64,000 nucleotides of DNA from Raillietiella orientalis (GCA_036172245.1 JAYWIR010000002.1:6696001-6760000); one strand, 5' to 3'; shown: positions 47,400-60,189, numbered from the stretch's first letter. Made by a program: numbers and translations. The notes: generated by a model not told the origin, from the letters alone.

Positions 47400-48760
47400 T
47401 CGGATGACGTTCTAGTGGCATTCTGTTGATGGAATTCAATTCGGTCGCTCTTTGGAGTGGCCACCTCTTCTGAGCTGAGCTGAGCCGATCCCTATTGACA
47501 GTGCAATCGCTTCCGTCGTCTCACCCTTCCTCCCACAGGAGCCTCGTCCCCATGCTCTTTTGCTCTCCCGCCTCCCGGAGTTGCCATCGAATTCTCTGGG
47601 CACGACTCTCCTTGCTCTGTTTGACTGTCAGGACCTGCGACAACCCCCAGCGGTTTCGTTTCTCCTGCGAGGGTCGAGAGTTGGTTCTCTCGGAAAATCG
47701 TCTGCTGCAAGAACCGTTCTTCCTCCTGTGCCTCTTCGGATTCCGCGTCGCGAGCTGCCAAAACCGCTGTTCCCACGTAAATCGGCATCTACTTTTTTTT
47801 TTCTTCGATTTTCCACGTCTGCCTCTGTCCAAGTTTGGAGCTTCTAGAAGACAGAAGACGTCCTCGCCTCCGCCGCAGGTTCCGTTCGTACCCTCTCCTA
47901 TTCCTATGCTTTCTTGCTACAAGCGGACGCAGATGCTGCGGGTGCTGCCGCCAAGAGAGGGATGACCGCCTGGGCAGAAGAGAGGACGAGGGGGAACCAG
48001 CAGTTTCTCTCTCCTTACGCAGGAGAGATCTCTTTCGCCGGGGCACGGTGCGTCCCCTCTCCTTAGCTTCTTCCGCATCCTGATGGGCTCTGCCGAGGCT
48101 CCGCCCGCTTGGGGAGAGACGAACGCCATTGTTTGGGAGACCTGGGCATGGGAGCGCCGCCGCTGCTGCTGGGTAAGATGAAGGCCTGTTGAACTGTGCC
48201 GCTCTCCCTGCTGGAAGGTTTGGGAGTCCGCGGACAGGGGAGACGCAGTCGCTTTGGCAGTGCTGCCATCGCCAACAAAACGCGGTGACGGCCAGCTATC
48301 CACAGTGGCGCCTAGAGAGGACGCTACTCGAGGAACAGAGCCGCCCTCGGAGTATCCTTCGTCGCTGATGACCCCCGCAGGTCTTGGGAGAGAGTTTTTG
48401 GGGTATCCTCTTTAGCATGCCTGGGAGCCACCTCCCTCCAAGCTACCTCGAGGTTTCCCTCCCCTCCCCCTTTTCCCCTTCTTCGCGCTTCACGCACGCG
48501 CGAAGATGGGCAGGCCAGTGGCCTCCTGAGGAGAAAGAGGTGTCGCTCCATCCTCCTGCTTCGCTTTCCTCGGCCCACTCTTCCCCTCTTCTGCCTGAGC
48601 CAAGTTCCATGAGCCTGGAAAGAGGAGGAGGAAGGGATGGCTTCAAGAGGAGACTCGGCCCTTTGCGCACCCTCTGCAGAAAGAGCAGAATGAAACAGCC
48701 ACTCGCCTCCTTCCACCTACCGCGTCGTTCCGGGAGATTGGGATGAGCAAAGCATAGGGG
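47400..48760 (+). mobile_element. Decayed LINE ORF1 zinc knuckle plus APE endonuclease
   Basis: QEPFFLLCLFGFRVASC (GQPxxCxxCxxxGHxxxxC-like), then LACLGAT (ILGGDFN-like), RLGP and PLASFHLP (SDH-like) in order. Confidence 0.4.
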
Positions 48761-48884
48761 CGATCGACCAGGCAGACACCCTCGGACCAGCAGCGACAAT
48801 CAAGGGGGGCATACAGAAGGGGATGTTGCCAGAATCTCTGAGTTCTAAGGAGCGCGCTGCAGGCGAAAGGAGGAGAGGAGTGGC

Positions 48885-50200
48885 CTTTCACCCGGCCCTG
48901 CCGGGTTATCGAGTTCCTTACAAGAAACGGACCCACCTTCCTCCAGAAGGCGTTTCGGCTAGGGGCATGCTGCTTGCAGTGCCCAGGGAAGGTTCTGGAG
49001 AATTAGTGGGGGAAGAGAAGACAGTCAAACCAAAAGCAAGACAAAGAAAGGGTTCGTGGGTTGCAATGAAATGAACAAAGAAATAGGCAATTTGTCGCCG
49101 GTTCCTCTTGGGGTAATCGTGGCCGAGCCCCTGTGGTCGCGTCCTTGGGGTGGTAGCTTCTTCCTGTTGGACTGCCATCCATCCGCGAAGGAGCTTCGCG
49201 GCTATCTCGACGGTATGCCACCCTGCTGCCACCTGGCAACCGTCAGCCCTCTCTTGTACGGTTCGCTGTAGGGCGTGGAGTGGTTCTGTTTCCTTGTCTC
49301 TTGCATCACCACCTCTTTGAGGAGACGCATCCACTATCTTCGAGCAGGGATGTCATCTCCCTACCTCGGGTGGGAACGAAAGAGTTTCATTCCTCTTCGG
49401 CCACGTGATGGAGCGGAGGCATTCCCCTCTCTCGCTTGAAGGCTCCGCGAGCCCTGGGAACATGACGGTCATAAAAGAGGAGCGGCTTCCGTCACCCAGC
49501 CGCCAGGATCGTCCTCCAGAACTGCGGCTGCAGCAGCTCCATTCATCGCTAGCGTTCCCGGTATTCCCACTATTGAAGGTGACGACGCGGGGCATCGGTG
49601 TCCTTCAAAGGAACCCTGGATCCCACGCGTCCCCGCAAGGCTTTCCTCGGGAGTTCAGGAGGTCGCTGGTCCTCATTCTCTCCTCATAGGGAAGAGAGAA
49701 GAACGGGTGTTGTCGGTTTGCCTGTAAAGGCTGGTCAGCGAATCTTCCCCATCCGGTGGCGGTGCTGCAGGACGATGCGAGGATCACTGCGGAGCAGCTC
49801 CGCCTGTGTGAAGAAGGCGGGATCATGCCGGAGGGGACATGGAAAAGGCAGAGAGACAAGGATGACTGGGGTGATCTGTGGAGGCAATCCACGACCGCAG
49901 CCGCGGCCATCACGAGGGGAACCAGGAGGAAAAAAAAAGGGAAAGAAGAGTCTTTCCTTGCATCTCTATCTGGTGCCTCCGAAGGCCGACGATGCCTGTG
50001 GCTTTTGACCAAAGGGCAGCTGTGCCCTCCGACATCAGCGTTCCAAAACTCCTCTACCGGCTGCTCGAAGGTTCCCCGAGGTCACTGCAATCGACCCCTC
50101 GTCTGGGATAGACGTCCCGCCCAGGAGGATGCTATCCGAGGGTCTCCGCGGGAAGAAGAAAAAGCACGGGTGCAGCAGCAGCAGCACTCGACGTGGTTGT
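48885..50200 (-). mobile_element. Diverged LINE 3' fragment
   Basis: Terminal CCCGGC-N3-GCCGGG stem-loop (48891-48905) preceded on the minus strand by a T-rich tract, as in the other copies. Coding similarity is weak and the left boundary of the element is a guess. Confidence 0.35.
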
Positions 50201-51683
50201 CGAACGTAGCTGAAAAGATTGCCTCTGCTGTTCCGGTCGCTGGGGAAACGGAGTGGGGGGTTACGTCACGAACCTGCGGCAGAGATCGAGAACGAGAGAA
50301 AGGAGCACCCTTTCCGTAAAAGGCAGGCCTGTAGCAGCAGCAGAGGCTGCATCTGTGTCCTTCCTTCCGCTTGCCGGCGCCGCTGCCATCATCGCCGTGA
50401 GCGCGCGTGACGTCTGCCGGAGCGAGCGGTGACGCGTTCTCGAGCTGCCTTACGCCCTCTTCCTCCTCCTCCTCCTCCTCCATCCACTCCCGCGAAGGAA
50501 AAAGGAAAAGCGGCAGCGGAAGGCAGGCTGACCTTGGCTTTGACTCGCGGGTGGTGGCGGCGCTGCTGCCGTCACTGCTGCTGCTCTCGGCCTCGCGTGC
50601 GCCGCCGCCCGCCGCCGCCGCCTCCGTGCAGATGTGCGCGGAGCCGACCTTGGGGATCGGAAACAGGGAGGGGAAAAAAGGGGGGGGAGGAGTGGGAAGG
50701 GAGAAGGAGGCACCCTTCATCCGTCGCCTCCCCTGAGCGTCGCCTTCCTTGCCCCCTTTCGTTCCTCGGAAGGGCGCGCTCCCGAGGCCTCCGGCTGGAC
50801 TCCAGACGATCAAGGACGCGCGGGGCAGACCGCGCTTCCCGGGGACGCGCCATTGTCCATCGCTTCCCCGGACGTGCGAGCGCGCGCGTCCTGCCACGCA
50901 GCATTCGCTCGGGTCGAAGGAGGGGGAGGCGGCGGAGGAGGAGGAGGGGGAGGAGGGAACAAAGGCGGGTGGGCAGGCACGCCCTACCGGCCGTCGGAAG
51001 TTTCATCCCGCCGGCGTCCGTCCGTCCGTCCTTGGACGGACGGGGAAAGTGCGTGCGCGCGCGTAACGCGCGAGGGAGCGTGCCTGTAGGGGGAGAGGGA
51101 GGGTCTCGAGGGCTGCGCGCCACGGGTGGTCGCTGAGGCCGAGCGCCCTTTTGCCACCACCGTCGCCACGGAGGCTGCGGCCATTGCTGCGCCATGATGG
51201 TTGGCGCTCGCTCGCCAGCGAGGGGAGAAGGGAGGGGAGAAAGTAATCCCAGACAGGCCCTGCCCTCACCCCATTCGTTTCCTCTTTCTTTTTTCCTCCT
51301 CTCCTGACCCCCACCCCCTTTCTCGAACAAAGGAGGAGGAAGGACGGACGCGCCCGTGGTGCCGACAGCGGCCTCTTCCACACGCGCCCTGGGCATTCTC
51401 CCGGAGGCCGTGGGGTCTACAGCGAGGACTCCGGCGCCGGTACGCGCGCCTCTTGCCGCCAGCTGTCCACTGGGGAGCTGGCGGCAGCGGATCTCGGCCA
51501 AACCCGCGGCGCGTCCGCGCGCGCGCTCGGCCCAGGCGGAGGTCGCGCGCGCGCGCGCGCACGGCGGGATCACCGGTCGACCCTGACTGGGAACGATTCT
51601 GTTGCCGGGGACCGCGGCGAGCGTTTCTGGCCGTCCCCCCAGATAGTCGTCCGTGGGCCGGCGACGGGAGCCGAGCGTGCGAG

Positions 51684-51846
51684 ATGAGCGCACCGCCGGA
51701 GACGCGCCGCGCTGCTGCGACGGGCAGCCCCGCGGTGTCTTCTACCACTCCCTCGGTGCCCGGGGTCTGCAGGATCATCCTCGCGGATCTTCCCCGGACT
51801 TCCGGGATGGACGCCGACGACACGCAGCCATCCACTTCTGATCTGG
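51684..51846 (+). CDS. E75: E75 candidate alternative 5' coding exon (E75C-like, ...TQPSTSDL-EFDG)
   Basis: ATG plus 54 codons plus 1 nt, then consensus donor G|GTGAGT. Phase 1 joins the 61737 exon to give [11 protein letters not shown], resembling the ...SIPDLEFDG junction I recall for insect E75C. The frame is open further upstream, so the start is uncertain. Confidence 0.65.
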
Positions 51847-53249
51847 GTGAGTGGGGACGACCAGAAAACGGGAAGGGGGCGGGCGGGGAGAGAGGGGAAC
51901 CTGGAGGTAGGGAAGCGGGAAAGGGGGAGGGAGGTTGCTCTCGCTCGCGAACGCTGCTCTCCCGCTCCGGATTTACCTGCTTTCTCTCGGACGCTTCTGT
52001 ACGGGCGGGCCCTCCCCAGCGAGTGGAGGACGAGGGGGAGTCCCGTCCTCGCCGACCACATCCTCTGGCGCGCCTCGGTTTCCTCCTTTCCGAGGCCACC
52101 CCCTCTCCCGTCTTCTCGTCTTTCTAGCCCTCGCCCTTTCCCTTCCCGAAGGACCCCTGGCTGCGACGTGCGAGCGCCCACCCGCGAATCGAGTTCAAGG
52201 CCGCTGCCTCCTCGAGACGTTCACGGCCGATCGGCCGGCCGGCTGGAAGTTTCCGATTGGTCCGCTGTGTAAGAGGGGAGGGGAGAGGGGGGAGGGCAGG
52301 GACGTGAGGGGGTTGGGGGAGTGGGAAGAAGAGGTGAGGCGGGATAGTTCGAGGGGGGCGCAGCTTTTGAAGAAAGCGAATTCGCCTCTGCGACCCTTCT
52401 TCTATGGAAGGGAAGGGAGGGGAGCGGATGGTGTCCTACCCTTTTCCTGCAGCGCACCTTCACTCCCAGCAGCGGTGGTAATGCGCGAATGGGGTCCGTG
52501 CTTGTTCCTGCCGTCGGATACGCTGCCTCCCCCAGCCATGTCCTCCCTTCCTCATGATCCCTGTGTTGACAAAGCTCCATCCGCCCAGCATCCAAAGACT
52601 CTCGGACTTTGCCGCCGCAGAAGCCTCTTGCGTGGTTTCATCCACACAGAGGGCAGAGGGAGTCATGGGATGACTACTATAACGAGAGGGTAGGAGACGC
52701 CTCCCTCGAAGAGAGGGGCAATACGAGAGAGAAAGAAAAAAAAGCAGGAAAAAAAATAAAACGAGTGAGGCAGGCACCCTCGCCCAACACCTATCCCGAG
52801 TGCCTCCACTGGACAGACAGGACTGCCCTTTCGTCCTTTTCCGCCCGCCACTCCACCCCCCCCCCATCTTCCGCGGGCGCGAGGGATCGCCTCGTGCGGC
52901 CGCTCTGGGGCGCCTCTGCGACGGACGGCGAGCAGCGGCGATGCGTCTCCCTGCAATCTCCGCGACACGGCGCTGCTGCCGCCACCGAACCACGGCCGCT
53001 ACCCCTCGCCGTCGCGCTCGCGTGGCCTTGACTCGCCCCACGGAGGAGGCAATGAACCGCGGGAGCGTCCGCTTCCGGCGGCGTCGGTCGCTGTGCTTCC
53101 TCTCCTCGGACGTCCAACCGCAGCCGCAGACGGGCCCCGGGCTCCTGCGGCAAGACGGAGGTTTCCTCTTCAAGTCCGGGGAGTGGCCACGACGAGGAGG
53201 GGGGACGAGAGGGAAGAACTACTCCACGAGGTGATGAGTGAGTCTCCTA

Positions 53250-54600
53250 AGGGGCGCTACTGCATGCAGGTGCAGGGGTGCTGCCAAAGTCCCCTTCCTC
53301 GTGAGCGAAGCTACGCATCCCCTCGTTTCCTTCCTTGTTCCTGGATGCTGAGCCAGCCCTCCTTCCACTCCTGCCCGGCAGCTTTTCTCCTCCGCCGTCC
53401 GAAGGGTGGCTCCGTTGTAAAGGAAACGAACGAAAGCGAGTTTGCTTCCGTCTGCGAGGGCGCTGCTGGTCCTTGTGTCCGGAGCTACCGGAGGAGAGCC
53501 CCAGAATGTGCTCGCGCCTCGCATCACCAAGGACACGTCCAGCTGCAGCAAACGGATGAGGGCGTCCCGCGAACTGGTGGCCATTCCCTCCCGTACAGAG
53601 GGAAGTGACTCGTCGACAACGGGGAGGAGAGAGGGGAGGGGGAAGTCCACAGACGGCGCTTGCCCTTTTCTCTTCAAGCTCAGCCGCGCCCGAAGGTCTT
53701 CCGCAGCAGAAGGGAAGGCAAAAAGGATCCGCTCTTCCTACTTCCCGCTGAGCTGGCGCGCGCGTAGGAGAGGCGGTAGGTGAGGTGCGCTAGTGGGCGG
53801 AGTCCCTTCCCCGTATTCCCATCTTGTACCGCCCACCGAGAAGACGGAGCTTCTGGAGGAGACAGGAACCAAGGAAAGGGGCTGCTGTCCACGGTCTCCC
53901 TGATTCTTCTCCTTTCTCTCCGAGAGCAAAGAAAACGCCAACAGCGCGCCCGGAAGGAGGCGCTGCGGAGGGAAACTACCGAGAAAGCCCCTTCCCGACT
54001 GGCGAGGCGACCAGCAAGGAACGCGGGAGGGGGAGCCCGGGGGCCCCCACTCCAGGTCCTGCTTTTTCTAAAGCCGGTCAGTCCGAGGTTTGCCCGCTTG
54101 CCGGTGCCGTTCCCACCACGGGCGCGTGAGCGGCCCTGCTCAGGAGCTCATAGCACTTCGAGTGCACGCCGCTCCGTCTCTTCCCGGGGAAGAACGCTCG
54201 CTCGTCGCCGCCGCCGCCCGTCGGTCAAGACCACCTCAGAGGCACCCCTGCCTAGGAAGGAGGGGCGTTCTTCGCGGGGTCGGACCTCAGATGCCCCTCC
54301 GTGGGCGGCTCTCGGCCAGGTGGGAGAGCTCCCTGAGCCTTCCGTCCACGCATTCAGTTCGACCTGGGCACCTCACGGGACGGCACGGCACTCACCTCAC
54401 GGTGGTGCCAGAGAGGCCTTCCGCGGAGTGATGCCGAAGAGAGTCGCGGGAAAGGAGCACGAGGAGGCGCCCGCGAGGCACCCCCGCGACTGTGCAGGAA
54501 AAGCGGGTGACGCCCGCCGGCATCCAGCAGGAGCCCTCGGGGGAAGCGAGGAAATCGACCCTTTGTTCTCACTTGGAGAGGGCTGAGAGAGGAAGACCAC
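53250..54600 (+). mobile_element. Decayed gypsy RT-RNase H relic within an E75 5' intron
   Basis: CKGNERKRVCFRLR, LAPRI, STDGACPF, TSDAPPWAALGQV (TDASxxALGAVL-like) and VHAFSST...RHS in the expected order. Confidence 0.45.
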
Positions 54601-56317
54601 GCGTCGGACTGACCTCCCAGGCCTCTCGTTCTCGTTGCTCGACTTTCGTCTACCCCTCGATCATTTTCGCTCCCACCCTCGAGCGAGCGCGAGAGAGACA
54701 GCTGGAACAGGGTGGAGTCTGGTTTCCATGGAGACTGAAACACCCTCCCACCCCCTCTCCTTCCTTTCAGAAAGGAAAAGGGGGGGAGTAGAGAGGGGCC
54801 GCGCGCCGGCGCAAGAGACGCGTTCCAGGGCGCGGTCAGCTCCTCCTCATCCACCACCTGCCTCCTAAAAAGCATCCGCGGAGAGGGTCGAGAGACTGAG
54901 GAGTCACCTTCCCTTCAAAGGTGCATGTCACGTCCTCCCCCAGGAGTATCGTGGCGGTTGCCGCCACCCTCTCTAGCTGCTGCTGTTGCTGCAAATCGGC
55001 TGCTGTTCGCGGAGCCACCTCGTGGCATCGATTCGGGAAGAGGAGGATGCCACCTTGTGGAGAAGCCAAGGAACGTCTCTTGCTGAGGACTCCCGCGGAA
55101 GGGTCCCAGCTTTGCCCCTCCGGCGAGGGGTACCCACTCTCCGGAGGAGTGGGTACAGCAGGTCGCTTACCTTCCCGAGTGCTCCCTCAGGCACGCGCAA
55201 GCCGAGCGCTTGCCAGCGGGCCTCCCGGCTAGCAGAGCTAGAGTCGCCAGATTGAGGACGAGGAGGAGGAAGAGTTGCTCCCCAAAGTCACGGAAGCAAG
55301 AGGGGAGCGTCCTGCCACGCTGCGCGGGAAAGGTCGGGCAGGTCAGGATAGGCGGTGGAACTTCTTGCCCAGCCTCCGCAGCGGAGCCCTCCGCCTCGAA
55401 GGGCGTGCCGGACGTTCCTTCCCTGCCCGGCGTGCGGTTCCTCCTTTCCCTGGTTCCTCGGACCGGGAAGCAGGCGGAAGAGGGGAGAGGTGTTCCCTGT
55501 GTTGTGAGAAAACGGCAGCGGCTGGGCACGGCACGGGCACCACCCTGCTGGTCTCCCGCTTGCCTGCCCAGCGCACGCCCGTTTCCCGAAATTCTACCGG
55601 GAGGGCGCTGCCACTCGACTCTGACTGCTCCCCTCATGTTTCCTTTCCGATCCTCTCGACAATGCCACGTGGGATCACTTTCACTTTCGTGTCTTCCTCC
55701 TCCGCCTCTTCCCTCGCCGGCGCTGCCGGCTTCATCTTGCTTGCCCTCTTCTTCCACGTCTTCACCTTCTCCGTCCCGCTTTCTGCTGTTTCCTTCCGTC
55801 CCCTCCCTCTTCGTCACCCGGCCTGGAGCCCCGACGGGCTTGCTGATGGCCAACCAGATGCACTTCTCCGTCCCACCCCTACTTTCTTCCCCCCCCTCCG
55901 TCTTCTCTTCCTGTTTGCTCCCTTCTTGCGATCCCTTTCCGTCTCCGCCTCGGCTTCCTCCTTCCTCCCCTCCGCCTGCTTGGCACTCCCGTTCCTCTTC
56001 GCCTCCTCCTCCTCTTCTTTGCCTACGGGCTCGAACTGGATTGCTCTTCCGCCGAAGCCGTCCTTTGCCGAAAGGAGCGCTTCCGCCGCCGCCGCCGCCG
56101 CGTGGATGCATCCATTCATCCATCCGCCCTCCCCCAATGGGAAACGGTGAAAGTGGTTCGCCGCCGTTTCTTGACCTGCTTACTTGCGCAGCTCCGCTCT
56201 CCCTCCGCCTCCTCCTCCTCCCCGGCAGTCAGTAGGTCAGCTCCTTCGAAATCGAAAGTTCCCCCTCGCCCGGTGCTCCGGCTGAAAGTCCTACTCGGCC
56301 GCCGACGCCCGCGTGGT

Positions 56318-56492
56318 ATGGTCCTGCTGGAGCTGTGCATCGGTTTCCGTGCCAACGAGGACAGCCGGCGCATCCGGTCGCCGCCCTCGGACGCGCGCCA
56401 CCACCGTCTCCGCCAACAGCAGCAGCAGCAGCATCACCACTACGGCAACGGGTGCGATTGCAAGAAGGCTCTGCTGACCAAAGTTCTGTCAG
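56318..56492 (+). CDS. E75: E75 candidate alternative first coding exon (MVLLELC...QQQQQQHHH...LLTKVLS-EFDG)
   Basis: ATG plus 58 codons plus 1 nt, then CAG|GTACGC. Phase 1; strong C/G third-position bias; polyQ/His tract; Inr-like TCAGT at 56229-56233. Confidence 0.65.
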
Positions 56493-57054
56493 GTACGCTT
56501 CGCCCCCTTTGCCCGGCGTCGGCCCCGTCCTGGTTGTGTCTTCACGAGTGGAGCGCGTGTGGGAGGAAGGGGGATGAAGTGGGGTGGGCACCAAAGAGGA
56601 AGAGTGCACGCAAGAGTCCCGGTTCCTTTGGGGAGGCTCACCTTCCTCGTGGGTGTGGAGGATCGGATGCCTTCGCGGCAGCGGAGGTAGCGGCGACGCG
56701 AAAACACGGCCCTCGCAAGAGACAAGTGGAAGCGGGAGGCGGCGAGGATGGCGACAGATCCTCGCCGCTACCACCACGCCAGCGGGAGTACGGGCCACAC
56801 GCGCTCTTGGGCGCAGGAGCACGCGCGTCCGAAGTAGGTCTCGCCCGTAGTTCAACGGCCGGAGCGCGGAGTGAACTACTTACGAGCGCGCAACTCTTCA
56901 AGGTAAAACGCGTTGCCCAGCTTCACTTTCGCAGACTCCTTTTCCGCCCGTTCTGACGAGGCTACCGCGTCCGTTGGGCGCGCGCGCGCGCCGCCCAATC
57001 AGCGACATCCTCCACCCGTGACGCAGGCGTCCGTAACACATTCCGCACCTCCGC

Positions 57055-57065
57055 TAACTGGGTCA
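57055..57065 (+). promoter_or_regulatory. RORE/RevRE monomer site (HR3/E75 class)
   Basis: TAACTGGGTCA is an exact match to WAWNTRGGTCA. Confidence 0.45.
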
Positions 57066-58041
57066 CGGCAGCCCCAGTTGGAGGCTCGCGTGTTGTTTAC
57101 CTTTGATCTCGTAACGTTTCGAGAAATTAAAATTACGCAGCCGCCGACGCGGCAGCGGCGGCGCCACCACCACCGCCAACGGCAGCACCGCCAATAGCCG
57201 CTTCCTTTACTCTCGCTAAGGTTCCGTTTGTTTGTTTGTTTTTTTTCACATCTGTTCTGTTTTTTTGTGGACTCTCGCTCTTTTCTACGCCACGGACAGC
57301 ACCGGAGTGCTGGGAGGACGCAACGCTGGGCGTGTCCCACGCGGGGGAGGAGGGAAGGGAGGAGAGCCAGAGGTTCCCGTTCTTCGGGTTCTCGCGCTCC
57401 CGTCCGCGGGTCAGAGAACTGATGCCCATCCTCCCCTTTGGCAGCGACCCTTGAAATCTCCGGGGAGGAGAGAGAGGGTTTTTTCCTCACACCGACTCTT
57501 TGCTGGAACGCCCTCCGGGAGCCCCACCATGGGGGACGGGGTCGGATCCGACGTCTCGGAGCGGGCCCTGCCAACCGCTCCCTCTCTTCCTCGCCCCGGA
57601 GAGCCCCTCCTCCTCCCTGGACCGTGCGCCATCCCGTTCGGTGCGAGGAGGACGCGACCGGCTGGGGAGTGACGTAACGGCACCGGGTGAAAGTTGTTTT
57701 CTTTTGGCTCATCTTCTTCATCCTCCTCCTCCTTCTCCTCCTCCTGATGGAGCTTCTTTCCCTCGGGGTCCCTGGTGCGATGGGAAGGAAGGGGGCACCT
57801 CCCCGCGCCCTCACCCTGGCGCGCCTTCCTCAACGCCGCCTATCCTTTCCTCTTCCGGTCGAAGCGGGTGCCTGGCGGGATTGTCCACTGAGCACGCGCG
57901 CGCAGCTGCCGCCGCGCTTCTCCTCTTCCGATCCCCCAGAGTTCAGCGGCCCTCAACTTTTTAATGCATGCGGCAGGCATCCGCCGCGGAGCGCCTGGCG
58001 AGCGAGCGAGAAAGCCGCCGCCGCCGCCGCCGCCATTCGAA

Positions 58042-58057
58042 TGCACTTCCATGACCT
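58042..58057 (-). promoter_or_regulatory. DR4-type nuclear receptor element (candidate EcR/USP site)
   Basis: TGCACT-tcca-TGACCT, i.e. AGGTCA-N4-AGTGCA on the minus strand. Confidence 0.3.
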
Positions 58058-58527
58058 CAGCACGGTTAACGGTTCCCAGAGGTTCACCACCCCGAACGCG
58101 CAGGGCTCCCAGCGCCGATCCCCCGCCTCCTCCTCTTCCTCCTCCTCCTTTTACGAGAGATCGACTCGATGGATGGCAGAGAAGATGCCGCCTCCGAGCA
58201 GCAGCAGCAGCAGCACTTGCAACCTGCGACCGGTGCGCGCACACGCGCCAAGCAAGCGAGGCCAGGAGTGAGCGAGAGAGCCACCGCGCCGCGCGATGGC
58301 GTCGGAGGGCAGATCGACAGCGACGAGGGGGTGCGAGGAGTGAGGATGGCTGTCCCTCCCCTCCCCCCTCCCTCCTTCCGTCTTCCCCCTATTCCTCCTC
58401 CTCGAACTGCGGCTGCGGCCGGGAGACTCTCCGCCGCCGCTCTTCAGTACTGCCGCGTGCGCCACAGCCGCTGCTGCTGCTGCCATCGCCTCCCGCTCTT
58501 GCTGCGCGCACGCGCACAATGCCTTCG

Positions 58528-58540
58528 GGTTGATTGACCG
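58528..58540. promoter_or_regulatory. IR1 ecdysone-response-element candidate
   Basis: GGTTGA-T-TGACCG, an imperfect IR1. Confidence 0.35.
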
Positions 58541-58829
58541 AGTTGTCCGTTCTTTAACCTGCACAGACAATCGGGCGCGATCCAGCTTTCCCCCTCGCAG
58601 GGAATGCGGGTCATTCGATCAATAGGATGCAGGGAAGAAAAAGAGCGCTCGCGCGCCTCTCTCTCCCGGCCGCCGCCTCTGCAGCCTTCGCCTGGTTCCC
58701 CCTCCGCGGCGCGCGCGCGGGCCCGACTCCCTTCCACCCCTTCGGACTCTCCTCTTTCCTTTTCCGCTGCCGAGAGATTTTTGGCGATCGGGAATCGGGA
58801 AGAGGGAAGAAATCAAGGTAGACACGTCC

Positions 58830-59118
58830 TTGCTCACCCCGGAAGAAGGGACGGCGACCGGCTGCCTCCGGGCACCTGTCCTTTGCACAACCGGAAGGGA
58901 ACCGGTGCTCTTCGATTCCCGGAAGGGAGTCCGGAGGGTCAGCTTCCGGACTCGGCCAGTCATCGGAGATGGAGCCACCGAGAGACCAACAGGCGCCATC
59001 GAAATCCACGAGGTCACCCCTCGTTTCTCGGCATAGACCCTTCCCTCCCCAGGCGGGATTCGAACCCGCGGCGCCTGGTGCCGCGCGGGGGGACCGTAAC
59101 TACACGGCCACCAGCGTG
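58830..59118 (-). mobile_element. 5' fragment of the tRNA-headed SINE-like family in an E75 intron
   Basis: Minus strand has TGGCCGTGTAG (A-box-like, 59100-59110) and a perfect B box GGTTCGAATCC (59056-59066). Head and following body are colinear with 45460-45780. Confidence 0.7.
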
Positions 59119-60189
59119 GGACGGGCATTCCCTGGGAAGGGGGCACGGCTCCCTTTCCCTCACCCTCCTCCTTGCTTACTGCATCCCGCCGAACGCTCGC
59201 GCGCGCCCCACCCGCTACGCTTCCGACTGCGCCGCTCGGTGGATCAAGCGCGCGCCGCCGCCGTCGGTTTATTTTTATCCCCTCCTCCCCCTCCAGTTCC
59301 CCAGTGCCGCACCATTTTGCCTCCTCCTCCTTCCCACTGAGCGCAGCACGAAGTTTGCTCTTCCTCCTCCTTCCTTCTGTCCAGGAACTCCGCACCCGTG
59401 CACCGGACCGCCCTCCCTCGAGCGGAGGCGACGAGGACATGGGGGTGGAGAGGGGAAGGTCCTCTCCAGGCTCTGGAAGCGGGGACGTCTACCCCCCCTT
59501 CCCCTCCGTTTCGCGGGTGGCCATGGGGAGTTTCCGCCTTTCGCTCTCGCTCGACTCCCGAAGTCAGCTCGAGCGGACCGCTCTGCTGTGCCACTGACCG
59601 AGCGTGACGCGTGCGGACCGCGGCGGCGTCCGGAGAGGAGGAGGAGGAGGGAGCGCTCACGCGGTTCGCGGCGTCCATGACCTTCCCTGGCGTCCGCCCC
59701 TCTCCCTCTGCGGGTGAGCGGCTAACCCTGCCTAAGGGAGGGAGGGGAGCAGCAAGGAAACGAAAGTGGCCCCTCCCAGCTGCCGCCCCGGGAATTTCCC
59801 GGAACCTCATCCGAATCCCCACCGTCTCTCCTTCCCCTACGAGGGACACGAGTGGGTCCTTCGCCCAGAGGCCCTGTACTTCGCCCTCATCCCTCCGCCG
59901 GGTGAGGCTGGGGAGAACTTTCACTCTTTCCCTTCACTTCCCCCTCCTTCTGGCAACGCCTCGCCCACTTCTGGGGCAGCGACCGAGGACGGTCTCCAGC
60001 GGTGGCGCCGCCGCCACCAGTCCAGGTCCTTCCTCCCCTCCGCCTTGCCGCCGCTGTCTTCACCGCGGCCGGCAGCGCCAGCGGCGGCAGCAGCACCAGA
60101 GGCGGCGTGCGCCCTCTTCCAAGGTTCGCCGGGCGGCGGCGGCTTCCAAGTGCGTTGAACCTCCGTCCCCCCCCCCCTCCCGGAGGGAG

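Noticed and set aside
58041..58271. ATG ORF MHFHDLSTVNG... as a fourth E75 first exon
   Set aside because: The only good donor (GA|GTGAGC) is phase 2, incompatible with the phase-1 zinc-finger exon.
59040..59118. Functional tRNA gene
   Set aside because: The B box is perfect but I cannot fold a proper cloverleaf, and it continues into sequence homologous to the 45451 element, so it is a SINE head.
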